This document shows, piece by piece, positions 9,143 through 18,839 of a stretch of DNA of 64,000 nt. Source of the DNA: a virus. The notes beneath the pieces were generated by a model. The model worked only from the letters and a program-made list of their open reading frames with translations. It searched no databases and had not been told where the DNA came from. How positions within the stretch are numbered: the first letter of the stretch is position 1; each line of letters begins with the position of its first letter. The stretch covers positions 32,001 to 96,000 of the IMG/VR virus record IMGVR_UViG_3300042868_010004; one strand, 5' to 3'. The position numbers were made by a program, and so were the translations under genes.

Positions 9143-9445
9143 TTACTCCTTAGCTCGTTTTTCTAAACTGATTGCATTTTCTTTCCAGTTTACGAACTCC
9201 GAATCATTAAATTCCGGCCACCAATATATAGTATGAAACGGAACGTAAATCCTTCCATCATGAGAGCCTTCTACCAGTTCGCCGACTGGAGACTGGACGA
9301 TAGCGTGGCCATTTACGATTTTGTATTTGATTGGACGGATCTTCCCCTCTTCTTTGAAGAATCCTTTCTTCCAGTCGGATTTAAATAAATTAAACATATA
9401 GCGAGAAAACCATCTTTCCTCGAACTTGTCAAGACAAAGATTCAA
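9143..9445 (-). CDS. hypothetical protein (~100 aa, start uncertain)
   Basis: ORF in the minus-strand run. Confidence 0.6.
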   Translation of the reverse strand: MNLCLDKFEERWFSRYMFNLFKSDWKKGFFKEEGKIRPIKYKIVNGHAIVQSPVGELVEGSHDGRIYVPFHTIYWWPEFNDSEFVNWKENAISLEKRAKE

Positions 9446-9511
9446 GAAAAAGAAAAACCCGCTCGGACTTAACCGAACAGGTTTAGTTTCTTGGTTTTCA
9501 ACCGATCTGGT

Positions 9512-9910
9512 TTAGTCCACCAGAATCTTTTTCACAACCTTCTTCTCCTTCGGCAGATTGACAACCAGTATCCCATCCTGCATCTTTCCAGAAATACCCT
9601 CCGTCTGAATGCCTTGCCAGAGTTCCAAGGTCTTTGTGGTTTCTCCGTATTTCTCATTCTTCGCGCGAACCTCTAGGATTCCGTCTTGGATGCTAACCTC
9701 AATATCTTTATTTGCGTAACCGGGCAACTCCAGAGACAACTCCCATTGAGAATCAGTCTCATTTAATTTCATCCGGGAGGAGAATTGTGCAGAGGAGAAA
9801 GCAAATAAATCCCCGATTGATTTTTCATATCGGTCAAGGACGGTCGGATAATAATTAACGCGACCAAGGATTGGAGTAAGAAGGTTTGATGGATTTGAAT
9901 TGTAAGTCAT
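9512..9910 (-). CDS. small heat-shock protein (Hsp20/alpha-crystallin), probable start ATG 9910
   Basis: WELSLELPGYANKDIEVSIQDGILEVRA and ISGKMQDGILVVNLPK motifs. Confidence 0.92.
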   Translation of the reverse strand: MTYNSNPSNLLTPILGRVNYYPTVLDRYEKSIGDLFAFSSAQFSSRMKLNETDSQWELSLELPGYANKDIEVSIQDGILEVRAKNEKYGETTKTLELWQGIQTEGISGKMQDGILVVNLPKEKKVVKKILVD

Positions 9911-10008
9911 GGCGTCTTTCTGAATTAGCAAGAGGCGGGCCAGCCACGGGCAAACTCTAAACAGTTCTCAACCAAGGAATTACGCTTTCCTTTATCTTTC
10001 CGTCTGTG

Positions 10009-10299
10009 TCACTCTGTCTCAGTCGGCCCAAGATAGCGGGACAGCCCCATATTCAGAACGGCGAAAAGCGGGACGTATAACGGGTCAAACGGTTGGGAAT
10101 TCAGACAGGCGATCAGAAAGTGCCCGAGCCCGGCCCAAAAACCGAAACAAAAAGAACAGCCAAGCGCATAGCGGACCTTCTCGGGTAAATCCAAAATATG
10201 ATAGAACCGGAGATATTCCCCAATCTGATGTCGCCCATTCAGAAGGAAGAAAATAAAATAATTTAGACCGGCGGAAAGAATAAGTATCTCAGCATTCAT
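10009..10299 (-). CDS. small membrane protein with CxxC (DUF1360-like)
   Basis: hydrophobic segments and LGCSFCFGFWAG. Confidence 0.65.
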   Translation of the reverse strand: MNAEILILSAGLNYFIFFLLNGRHQIGEYLRFYHILDLPEKVRYALGCSFCFGFWAGLGHFLIACLNSQPFDPLYVPLFAVLNMGLSRYLGPTETE

Positions 10300-10329
10300 A
10301 AAGGGGAAAATTTATTGTAAACTCGGGAT

Positions 10330-10791
10330 ATGTCTGACTCGCCAAAACTCTCCACTCATTTTGGCTTTTCTTTTCAATCGGAAAAAGATGACAAGACATT
10401 ATTTGAAAGAATTAGAGAAATACAGGATTTCCTGATTAAATGTTGGGGAGGAAAAATCAGGGAATATACTATTCAAGAAATCCCGATTAAAAAAACTTTC
10501 TTTTACGTCTTCCATAATGTTAGTCTGAATCTAAAAGGTTTTGTCGGGCGCTGCAACCACACGGGAAAGATCGTTTATTTAGTCAGAGATCCAAAAAGAA
10601 TTTCTTGGGCTTTTAAGGAAGGGCTGATTGAAGGTAAGAAAGATTCCGACTTGGCTGATATCTTATATTCCAGTGTTGGCGTCTTAATCGCGGTTCCCAC
10701 CCCAGCCGACTTCGCTCTTTTTGTTGCCGGAGGGATGGGTTATCAGACTCGCGGGGATTATATTAGGACTTCTGACCGGAAGGCTTTTTGA
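10330..10791 (+). CDS. hypothetical protein (153 aa)
   Basis: ATG lies 9 nt after a TTGTAA box (10315-10320). Confidence 0.7.
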   Translation: MSDSPKLSTHFGFSFQSEKDDKTLFERIREIQDFLIKCWGGKIREYTIQEIPIKKTFFYVFHNVSLNLKGFVGRCNHTGKIVYLVRDPKRISWAFKEGLIEGKKDSDLADILYSSVGVLIAVPTPADFALFVAGGMGYQTRGDYIRTSDRKAF

Positions 10792-11461
10792 GGAGTTTAG
10801 AGGTTGGCGCAACCGTCTTGCTTTTGGGTTTAGTTGCTGCGATATTCTGGATGTCCCAATTGACTTTGACATCCATGACGAGACGGGGTATTCCGACATG
10901 ATCGACTAGGCCATAGTCCTTACATTGCTCGGCACTAAGGAAGAAGTCGGCATTGTTGTTCTTCTTAATCAGATTTTTGAAAAAAGATTTCGGCTTTCCG
11001 GCGTTCTGCGCAAGGATATCCATCAGTTCGTCGTTCAATTTTTGTGTTTCAAGGGCGTCCGAAATAATATCGGAGGACTTTCCTTCGGAGGCGGTGGCAA
11101 CCTCGTGGATCATCAGCTTAGAATTGGGCGACATCCAGCGGTAGCCCTTTGTGCAAGAGGAGAGTAGGAGAGACGCCGCACTGAATACCATTCCACCGCC
11201 GAACCCCATGACCGGAACGGGCGAATTAATAACTAGATCGCGAATCTGGTTGAGTTCAAACACACTGCCGCCGGGTGAGTTAATACTAAGGCAAACCATC
11301 GGTTGGTGGCTATTAATGATGGCGTTGAATAACATCGCGAAATGAGACGCGGAGTATTCGGAAAATTCGTTAATCGTGATAACCTTTGGTTCAAATGTCC
11401 GAGGGATACCCTCCTCATCATTAATGATTAGACCAGCGGGAATTTTGGTTTGGGTGAGCAT
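10763..11461 (-). CDS. clpP: ClpP-family serine protease
   Basis: INSPGGSV, FSAASLL (Ser), KLMIHE (His), DFFLSAEQCKDYGLVDHV (Asp). Confidence 0.93.
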   Translation of the reverse strand: MLTQTKIPAGLIINDEEGIPRTFEPKVITINEFSEYSASHFAMLFNAIINSHQPMVCLSINSPGGSVFELNQIRDLVINSPVPVMGFGGGMVFSAASLLLSSCTKGYRWMSPNSKLMIHEVATASEGKSSDIISDALETQKLNDELMDILAQNAGKPKSFFKNLIKKNNNADFFLSAEQCKDYGLVDHVGIPRLVMDVKVNWDIQNIAATKPKSKTVAPTSKLLKKPSGQKS

Positions 11462-11511
11462 AAGGATTTAGTTAGAGCGTTATTAGTTTTTGTAGAAAAT
11501 TCTTGAATTAG

Positions 11512-12657
11512 TCAATATTTGTTTCTTTTCTTAGGGATGTAATCAACGGGTTTTTCAATAATTTCTTCGCTTGGAAAATTGAGGCGATTCAGATTCACCG
11601 AATTTACGCGGCAATGATAGTCATGCGCGCGAGCTGCCGACACTTCATCTAAATGAATCTCTCTAATTCTATTTCCATTAAAGGTTAATATCATTTCCCA
11701 TGTTTTTGGACTTCTTTTGTTGACCCCGTTAAATACAGAGGTTTTACCTTTTCTTCTAAAAAGTGGTTTATTGGGGTTTGTCCTTTTTTCATAAATCTCT
11801 TTCCCTTCGGAAATATAAGAGTCTTTAGAAACTAGATTTGGAAAATTCATTACCGCATCTTCGCCGTGAAGATAATAGGTGACTTTATCTCTAACGACAG
11901 CCGCTTCCTCCTCTGTGTTATATCTTCCCAGAAATACTCGGTTGCCCTTTCCTGCGGTTGCCCGGGCATTAAAAGCAGATCCATCATGTAGAACTTCCAG
12001 ATATTTACTTTTAGGTTTGCGGATAACGCAAATTTTATCCAAATATTCTGTTATGTTCATATTCAAATACTCTTCTTTTTTGTCCGGATGAATCAAAACA
12101 GCTTTCTCGCCATATTGAAATATAGAAGCGATGTCTCTTGCCGTTTCAGCATCTTCTTTATTTTCAAACCTCTTGCTCACATTTTTACCATTATAAAACA
12201 TATTGAAACACCATTTATTTCTTTTTTTGTCCCACGAAACGCCGTGGCTTCGGTTTCTTGATTTTATATGGGAGTTTAATCCAATCATCTTTCGAGTTTC
12301 ATCGGAAACAAATTCCTTACCGTCCCCATAGCCATCTATAGTCAGATTATACCCATAATTCGGATCAATCGCGTTATAATATTTGATATAAAAACCCTCT
12401 AAAAATACACAATGTTTAAAACTATTAGCTGAATCAATCTGTTTTATTTCAAAATTTTCTATACCATATTTTCTCATTGTGTGATAAAGATAGGTCATAC
12501 CTACTTTTTTACCAGATTTCAAAGTATATTTTTCTCCATGCTTAGCGTGCGCTTTATGCACTGACCATCTGTGGAACAAAGACTTCTCCGTCTTGCCTAT
12601 ATAGAATTTTCGGGTTATTAGGTTCAGGATACGGTATAAAATATATGTTTTTGGCAT
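11512..12657 (-). CDS. GIY-YIG homing endonuclease with C-terminal AP2 DNA-binding repeats
   Basis: ILYRILNLITRKFYIGKT...R (GIY-YIG); HGVSWDKKRNKW, FLGRYNTEEEAAVVRD...NFP and SVFNGV...SAARAHD (AP2-like); AT-rich. Confidence 0.9.
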   Translation of the reverse strand: MPKTYILYRILNLITRKFYIGKTEKSLFHRWSVHKAHAKHGEKYTLKSGKKVGMTYLYHTMRKYGIENFEIKQIDSANSFKHCVFLEGFYIKYYNAIDPNYGYNLTIDGYGDGKEFVSDETRKMIGLNSHIKSRNRSHGVSWDKKRNKWCFNMFYNGKNVSKRFENKEDAETARDIASIFQYGEKAVLIHPDKKEEYLNMNITEYLDKICVIRKPKSKYLEVLHDGSAFNARATAGKGNRVFLGRYNTEEEAAVVRDKVTYYLHGEDAVMNFPNLVSKDSYISEGKEIYEKRTNPNKPLFRRKGKTSVFNGVNKRSPKTWEMILTFNGNRIREIHLDEVSAARAHDYHCRVNSVNLNRLNFPSEEIIEKPVDYIPKKRNKY

Positions 12658-12714
12658 CTCGCATTAAGAATACACGGAAAACGATCCGCTGGGATTCTTA
12701 AATGGAGAACTATG

Positions 12715-13500
12715 TCATTTTAAAAATCCGAACCTTTCAATCACGAATCCGAGAATCTTATTCCTTTTAATATCTGTATGGTCAAATGAGAAGCAGTGAA
12801 TACCATTATCCTGACATTCCTCGCTGTTGAATAAATCAAAAATATTCATAAAAGCGCTCTTTTTTACATTTGACTGGCATTGATCGCCAATAATGGCCAT
12901 TTTTGAGAATTTACCCAAGCGGCTCATTGACAAGCGGAAATCCGTCCCGTTTAAATCTTCCGCCTCATCCAGAATAATGAAGCTAGCATTGAATGAACGG
13001 CCTTTTAGGAAGCCGATAGGGAGCGATTGAATATATCCCCCTTCAAAGAGTTTTTTAATCTCGTTCTGTGGGAGTAATTCGCTCAATTGGTCGATCATCG
13101 GAAGAGTATATGCTTCCATTTTCTCGTCCAAGCCTCCTCGGAGATAACCAAGACCATAACTGGCGCTTTCAACGGGCATACGGAAAAAATAAATATTCTT
13201 AACGCGACCCTGCTGAAGTAGTTTGAGGCCGATATAGACGGCAACAAGCGTCTTGCCCACCCCCGCCGGAGCTTGGCAAATAATATAATTAGTTTCCTTC
13301 TCTAACGCCCGATCAATCATCTTTTGTTGTTTAGCGGTAAAGGGAAAATCTTTAACAGTAAGGTCGAACGTGAGGGCCTTCCCTTGGAATACGGACTCCG
13401 TATTATCTTTCTTCTGTTCTCCCCCTCCCTCCAATTCATTAGTCCGATCTGCCTTTTTTGCCTTCTCTGCCTGATTTTTTAACCTTTTGGGTTTTGACAT
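12715..13500 (-). CDS. phoH: PhoH-family ATPase
   Basis: APAGVGKT Walker A, FLKGRSF, IILDEAEDL, IIGDQCQS. Confidence 0.93.
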   Translation of the reverse strand: MSKPKRLKNQAEKAKKADRTNELEGGGEQKKDNTESVFQGKALTFDLTVKDFPFTAKQQKMIDRALEKETNYIICQAPAGVGKTLVAVYIGLKLLQQGRVKNIYFFRMPVESASYGLGYLRGGLDEKMEAYTLPMIDQLSELLPQNEIKKLFEGGYIQSLPIGFLKGRSFNASFIILDEAEDLNGTDFRLSMSRLGKFSKMAIIGDQCQSNVKKSAFMNIFDLFNSEECQDNGIHCFSFDHTDIKRNKILGFVIERFGFLK

Positions 13501-13641
13501 AATTTTATTTTTTAATTAAATGAAACGAACAGGTGATGGGTTTTGCCCGTTCGGAGTTTACAAGAAAACCCCTCCGCCAAGAACTGATTCTCCCTGAAAA
13601 CAATAAAGTTCAATCAATCCGTTCTACACCGCCTTAGAACC

Positions 13642-13668
13642 GTGTAAACCCTCTTACAAGGTTTAAGG
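13642..13668 (+). promoter_or_regulatory. putative late promoter GTGTAA plus AGGTTTAAGG leader motif
   Basis: GTGTAA 13642-13647, AGGTTTAAGG 13659-13668; same pairing at 42351 and 54456. Confidence 0.6.
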
Positions 13669-13694
13669 ATTTTTCCCAATTTTATAAGGCTCGT

Positions 13695-14774
13695 ATGGCA
13701 TACAACATTCTAAAAACTCTCCCCGCCGTCATTCAAACGGCCTTGGGTCTGAAACAAAACACTCCCCGAGTCGTCACCTCAAGCACGCAAGCCAGCATTG
13801 ATGAAGTCTTGCATGTAACTGCAACATCGACAATTAGCGATCCCGATTCCCCGACTGAGGGAAAAGGTTTTACGGTTATCGTCAGAAATGGCACTGCAAC
13901 GGTCGGGGGCACGGCATATTCTGTCGCCGGAACGGAAATCAAAAGAATTTATCAGTCTGCCTCATACGTTAATTATGTAAAGTCTGCCGAGACAACCGTT
14001 GGAACTTCATTAGTTCAAGCCTCTGATGCTGCCAGTGTTCGTAATGCGGCGGGGGCAACGGCGGGGGTCTTCCCGGCCAATGTCGTTGCTAGTGCGGGGA
14101 CTTCGGCGGCGGGTGTGGTTCCGGGCATTGGAGGAGTTTTACCAGATAATGCACCCACCGTTCGCCAGCTTTCGCGCATGGTAACTCTGGATATTGGTAA
14201 TGATACCCCGGCTGTTACAGGAAGCGGTAATTCGGCGGTGGCGGCAGGCAGTAATTTGCAGTCCTGCATTGACCAGACTTCAGGCACCACAGCGGGAAGC
14301 ACTGCCGAACGTCTCATAACGATGTTAGGGAATACCGGCGGCGCGCAAACTATCCCCGGCCCTGTGCGTTTTTCTTTTCGTTTTCATTTTGCATCATTTA
14401 CCGCAAACGGAATTACTAGAGTTTTTCTTGGAGGAACCCAAGCAACGGCAGCTTTAGCGGCGGCGGGCTTTGGTTTCGAGGTGCGTAATACTCGTGTTTG
14501 GTTGGTTGCTCATAATGGTACAACACTAACGAGCCTAGATACCGGGTTTGATTGCAATTCCTCGCATCTTTTTGATATTACACTCTCCGCTGGTAGCGTT
14601 GTTTTAACTTCCTTCAATTGGTCAACTCAAGTAACAAGCACTATCGGTACTATAAGCGGGGGTCCGGCAGTTGGCGCGGCATTCACGGGCCTGCTCTGTG
14701 TTGGAAACATTAACGGAGCGGATTCCGCAGCGATGCGCTGGTTTTATGGTCGCAATATTAGTATTCTTTTCTAA
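13695..14774 (+). CDS. putative virion fibre / receptor-binding protein
   Basis: Thr/Ala/Gly-rich beta-type composition, aromatic-rich C-terminal domain, late-type promoter, followed by a chaperone-like ORF. Confidence 0.65.
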   Translation: MAYNILKTLPAVIQTALGLKQNTPRVVTSSTQASIDEVLHVTATSTISDPDSPTEGKGFTVIVRNGTATVGGTAYSVAGTEIKRIYQSASYVNYVKSAETTVGTSLVQASDAASVRNAAGATAGVFPANVVASAGTSAAGVVPGIGGVLPDNAPTVRQLSRMVTLDIGNDTPAVTGSGNSAVAAGSNLQSCIDQTSGTTAGSTAERLITMLGNTGGAQTIPGPVRFSFRFHFASFTANGITRVFLGGTQATAALAAAGFGFEVRNTRVWLVAHNGTTLTSLDTGFDCNSSHLFDITLSAGSVVLTSFNWSTQVTSTIGTISGGPAVGAAFTGLLCVGNINGADSAAMRWFYGRNISILF

Positions 14775-14776
14775 TT

Positions 14777-15223
14777 ATGAACTTATACATCTTAAAACAC
14801 CCCAATCCGTCCACACTTTTAGCTAAAATATATGCTAATGAAGCACCAGACGGATACGAAGAAAGCACAGAGGAAGCCGCTGAAGAATGGGTCGCCGCGC
14901 AACTTGCCGCCGGGTGGGTGCCCGCGCCGCCTCCCGAACCAACCGGACGCCTCACCCTAGCTCAAGCTGAATCCCTATTAGACTCAATCCTAGATGATTG
15001 GGCTCGGGCCAAAGGCTATGTTGATGCCGCCCGCTGTATAACCTACGCGAATGATCCCGATGAGACCTTTCAATCCGAAGGTCAGGCTATGCTCGCCGCT
15101 CGATCCAGTGTTTGGGTCGCCTGCCGCGCGATGATTTCCGCGCCTGACTTCAATGGGGTTATGACCGAGGCCGGAGTTCGATCCTTCGCCGCGCCGTTTG
15201 CGCCTTATTGGATAGAATCATGA
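14777..15223 (+). CDS. putative tail-fibre assembly chaperone-like protein
   Basis: LDDWARAKGYVDAARCITYAND...EGQAMLAARSSVW resembles fibre-associated small proteins; position after a fibre gene. Confidence 0.55.
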   Translation: MNLYILKHPNPSTLLAKIYANEAPDGYEESTEEAAEEWVAAQLAAGWVPAPPPEPTGRLTLAQAESLLDSILDDWARAKGYVDAARCITYANDPDETFQSEGQAMLAARSSVWVACRAMISAPDFNGVMTEAGVRSFAAPFAPYWIES

Positions 15224-16308
15224 AAAATTTTATTAAAAATGTAGGGCGGAATCTCCGGGAGAATTATCGAGCATATCTCTTCGGAATTGCAATGCTCGGA
15301 CTGATTGCCTCGCTGTCATCTTGTAAAACGGTTGACTCCCCCTATGTCAAGCGGACGACTCTTGAAAATAAAATAACAGAACTCGGAATACAGAAAGAAC
15401 AGGCAATCAAAGTCGCGACTCAGGATATTATACAGAAGAAGAACGTCGAAATTTCCTCTATAACCCTGAATTTTCAAAATACGGCTGATTGGCTATATGG
15501 CTCACGGCTTGCCTTGGATTTATTCGAGCCAAAGGGTCGTCTGTGGGATATTACATCAAATCGTCTGAATACCGCCGCGAGTTATGCTCCCCCGCCCTCC
15601 CGCGAGGCATTGATCGAACAGGTCAAGACTCTGAAGGAAGAGTTAGACGAGAGCAAAGTCAGTAATGAAGAACTGAGCGCTCGATATAACAAAGCTCGTG
15701 AAGATGCCGTGATTGCTGTCCAGACACAGGAAGCCGCGAAGATTGAGGCGGAAAATGCAGTTCGGAAATTGACCGAGACGGAGCTGGAGTGGGAAAAGAA
15801 AATTGGCGGGGTTCAACTTGAACTGATCGAAGCGCAGAAGAAAATTCAGGCCGATTCCGATGAGAAAAAGCGTCAGGACGAATGGCGGCGCGCTCAAATT
15901 CAAAAACTCATGTATGTTTCCGGTGGCTTGTCTTTACTGGCTTTGGCGGGAGCCATCTTTATTCCTGTCGCCAAGAGAGAACTAGGCTCGCTTGCGGCAA
16001 TTTTGGGCGGAATAACAGTGCTTCTCCCTTTTGTTACCCCTTTTCAAGCCTCATTGGTCTTTGGAATTGGCTTGGCCCTTGTATTATTTGTCATTCTCCG
16101 CAAGCTTTTCATTAAGGATAAGTCGGAAAAAGCCGTCTATCGCGCGGTTCAAGAATACAAGACGGAAAAGCCGGGGGACTTCAATGTTAATCTAGCTCCA
16201 AAACTAGAAAATTGGACTGGTAAGTATGATAAGGATGGAAAAGTGGTTAAAGACGAAGTAATTGTTAAACACATTGACAGCATTCTGCTGGAAACTGAAG
16301 CGAAATAA
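15220..16308 (+). CDS. lipoprotein with coiled coil and C-terminal TM helices (spanin-like topology); start ATG 15220 overlaps the upstream TGA
   Basis: basic N-terminus, hydrophobic core, lipobox LSSC; long coiled coil; three hydrophobic helices near the C-terminus. Confidence 0.75.
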   Translation: MKNFIKNVGRNLRENYRAYLFGIAMLGLIASLSSCKTVDSPYVKRTTLENKITELGIQKEQAIKVATQDIIQKKNVEISSITLNFQNTADWLYGSRLALDLFEPKGRLWDITSNRLNTAASYAPPPSREALIEQVKTLKEELDESKVSNEELSARYNKAREDAVIAVQTQEAAKIEAENAVRKLTETELEWEKKIGGVQLELIEAQKKIQADSDEKKRQDEWRRAQIQKLMYVSGGLSLLALAGAIFIPVAKRELGSLAAILGGITVLLPFVTPFQASLVFGIGLALVLFVILRKLFIKDKSEKAVYRAVQEYKTEKPGDFNVNLAPKLENWTGKYDKDGKVVKDEVIVKHIDSILLETEAK

Positions 16309-16337
16309 TTCCAGAAACCTTCCCAAAACAACATCTT

Positions 16338-16371
16338 AGGTGTAACCTTTTCTCTGGGTTACACCTTTTTT
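16338..16371 (+). terminator. intrinsic terminator whose 5' arm contains GTGTAACC
   Basis: AGGTGTAACC/GGTTACACCT 10-bp stem plus T-run. Confidence 0.75.
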
Positions 16372-16460
16372 ATTGTTTTAGAGAAAGAATTTTTGCCTTT
16401 TTCGACTTTTCTTCACAAAAGATAATACAACCAATCGTTCAATCCAACAATTATTCCGTC

Positions 16461-16877
16461 ATGGCACAAAAAACCTACTGCGTCAATCCGAAATGCGCCA
16501 AACCTATTGAATACGCTTACGAGAAGCCCAAGTTTTGCCCTTTTTGCGGTAATTCTTTGACGGCAATTCTAGCTCGACCCATTCCCGCCTATAATCCCTA
16601 TACAAGCCCTGCGCCCGCATCCCGCCCGGAACCTTCCCGCGCTTCCCGGCAATTCAGCCAGCCGAGCCCCGGACTGAGTTCGGTTCAGCGACGAATGGAA
16701 GCACGGAGAAATCGAGGGACTGACGATGACGATTCAGAGGATTACGATGACGATGATTATGAAGAATCCTCTGCTTTCATTGACTTTAATAATTTCCAAT
16801 TTAAGGCAACCGTCCGAGTTCCCCAAGAACCCAAAATGACCCTCGGGGATTTCGTAAACAAAGAGGATAAGAAGTAA
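16461..16877 (+). CDS. zinc-ribbon protein with acidic C-terminal tract
   Basis: YCVNPKC...FCPFCG; DDDDSEDYDDDDYEE. Confidence 0.8.
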   Translation: MAQKTYCVNPKCAKPIEYAYEKPKFCPFCGNSLTAILARPIPAYNPYTSPAPASRPEPSRASRQFSQPSPGLSSVQRRMEARRNRGTDDDDSEDYDDDDYEESSAFIDFNNFQFKATVRVPQEPKMTLGDFVNKEDKK

Positions 16878-16892
16878 TTCTGCCTTTCCTGT

Positions 16893-17609
16893 ATGTCAAA
16901 CCTACTTGGTGTTAGAAAGCCTCGGCACGAACGGCAATCAAATGGTCCCCTTCTGTATGAGGACTGTTCGGCGGTCATAGATAAGGAAATCAGAAAGCGC
17001 CGTCATAAATGGCTCTATCACCATATTGAATGGGATGATGTCGCTCAAACCATTCGCGCCAAGATTGCTCTCCGTTGGGGTCATTGGGATCAAACAAGGC
17101 CGCTTGCGCCCTATGTTAACCGTATTATAACCCGACATTTACAAAATTTAGTTCGGGATTCTTACGCCAAACTCGTTAAGCCCTGCGTGAAGTGCGCGGG
17201 CAATGAAGGTGAAAATTTCTGCCGATTCACGGCGTCAAAAACCCAGTGCGCCCAATGCCCCCTGTATGCTGAATGGCAGAAGAGCCGGGAGTCCGCTTTT
17301 AATGTCAGTCTGCCGGTCCCAATTGAGAATCATATTGATGAGGTCGTGAATATTCAGGAAGATTTCGTTGATATTGAAGATGGAAGGCAGAAATTAACCA
17401 AACTGCTAAAAAAGCATCTGACGCCGGTTGAATACAAGATTTATGTCTGGTTCTTTGTTGAGGGCCGCGACGATATGTATGTCTCGCAGAAGATGAATTT
17501 GAAGACAACCGAGGAAAATCGTATTCCGGGCTATCGGACAATTAAGAAATACAAGGTTCTGATCGAACAGAAGACTCGGGCGATCCTGAAAGAGCATGAC
17601 TTATTTTAA
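16893..17609 (+). CDS. sigma70-family sigma factor with a Cys-rich insertion
   Basis: EWDDVAQTIRAKIALRWGHWDQTRPLAPYVNRIITRHLQNLVRD (region 2); KHLTPVEYKIY (region 4-like); CVKC...FC...QCAQC in between. Confidence 0.8.
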   Translation: MSNLLGVRKPRHERQSNGPLLYEDCSAVIDKEIRKRRHKWLYHHIEWDDVAQTIRAKIALRWGHWDQTRPLAPYVNRIITRHLQNLVRDSYAKLVKPCVKCAGNEGENFCRFTASKTQCAQCPLYAEWQKSRESAFNVSLPVPIENHIDEVVNIQEDFVDIEDGRQKLTKLLKKHLTPVEYKIYVWFFVEGRDDMYVSQKMNLKTTEENRIPGYRTIKKYKVLIEQKTRAILKEHDLF

Positions 17610-17670
17610 AGCGCCAAATTTGATATGCTAATCTAGTTTTTCTCACTTAAAATACCAAATATAATCACTT

Positions 17671-18816
17671 ATGGCGCGCAATTATAAGAAAAAAGTCGAT
17701 CAATTACAACTGACAGAAGAGCAAGTTCAGTTCATCGAGGAAAACTGGGATAAGAAGAGCGTGATTGAGGTCGCGCAAGTTGTCTTTGCCGACCCGACCA
17801 TTGATGGGCATCGGGCGGAGGCGCGGAAGATTAAGGAATACATTTTGAAGAGGTTTGGTCAGGAGGTAAGCGCGAAAGCAAATCCCCCGCCTAAGACTGC
17901 GCAGATTGGACTCAGTAAAGAACAAGAGGAGTTAATTCGTAACAATATCGACCAATTCAATAATCCGGAGGAGGCGGCACAACTCTGCTTTCCGGAGAAA
18001 TACAAAGGAAATGCAAAGGTTTTGCCGACAGATAGGGAATTTTTATGGGTTTATGCTTTTATGCAGTCGGTCAATCCGAGTGTAATTTCTCGGGAAGATC
18101 AGTTGGCCGATGAGGTTGAGTATCGTCCGCCGGGTAGTATAGCGAGAATGGTTCCCAGAGTTAATCTCTATGTAACGAAAGGATCAACTGAAGATAATAA
18201 GAAATTTCTTGACCCGATGAATCTAAAACCGCAAGAGCGTCGTTTTGTCGAGGCTCTAATTGGTTACATGAAAACCCACCGCTTTGTCATGGTGATGAAT
18301 GAATACAAAATGAAGATTGATAGGGAGCTGGCCGAGTCCTCTTTTGTTCGTTGGTGCTATGGCAAGGACGATCTTCTTGAAGAAGAGGTTGATCGCTATA
18401 TTTCCCTCGTGGAAGAGGTTGTAGATTCTGCAAAAATTCGCCGACAGATTGAAGATCTTGACCGTGAGGCGAATAGATTAAGAAAGGGAGAAGATCCAGA
18501 GGGAAAAAAAATGAGCATGACCCTTGTGGAATTAATGAATAGCCAGAGAGACAAACTCAAGATGTCAAAAGACCGTGGTGAAAAACTATTGTCAAACCTT
18601 ATTGACTCGCGCGCTGAAAGATTGAAAAAGAGGGTGCAAGAAAATTCATCAATCATTAATTTAGTCGAAGCATGGAAGAACGAAGAAAAAAGACTGGAAT
18701 TGTTGGAATTGGCCGAACTTGAAGCTCAGGCCGACGAACACGAAATAGACAAACTTTCTTCAATGGACGCCGTTGTGGCGCTTATTGCGGGTATTCAAAA
18801 ACAAGAACTTAGATAA
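17671..18816 (+). CDS. hypothetical protein, candidate terminase small subunit / packaging accessory
   Basis: duplicated HTH-like motif (LTEEQVQFIEEN / LSKEQEELIRNN), C-terminal coiled coil, upstream of TerL; function inferred from position. Confidence 0.6.
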   Translation: MARNYKKKVDQLQLTEEQVQFIEENWDKKSVIEVAQVVFADPTIDGHRAEARKIKEYILKRFGQEVSAKANPPPKTAQIGLSKEQEELIRNNIDQFNNPEEAAQLCFPEKYKGNAKVLPTDREFLWVYAFMQSVNPSVISREDQLADEVEYRPPGSIARMVPRVNLYVTKGSTEDNKKFLDPMNLKPQERRFVEALIGYMKTHRFVMVMNEYKMKIDRELAESSFVRWCYGKDDLLEEEVDRYISLVEEVVDSAKIRRQIEDLDREANRLRKGEDPEGKKMSMTLVELMNSQRDKLKMSKDRGEKLLSNLIDSRAERLKKRVQENSSIINLVEAWKNEEKRLELLELAELEAQADEHEIDKLSSMDAVVALIAGIQKQELR

Positions 18817-18839
18817 CAAAAACAAACAAAATAAATATT

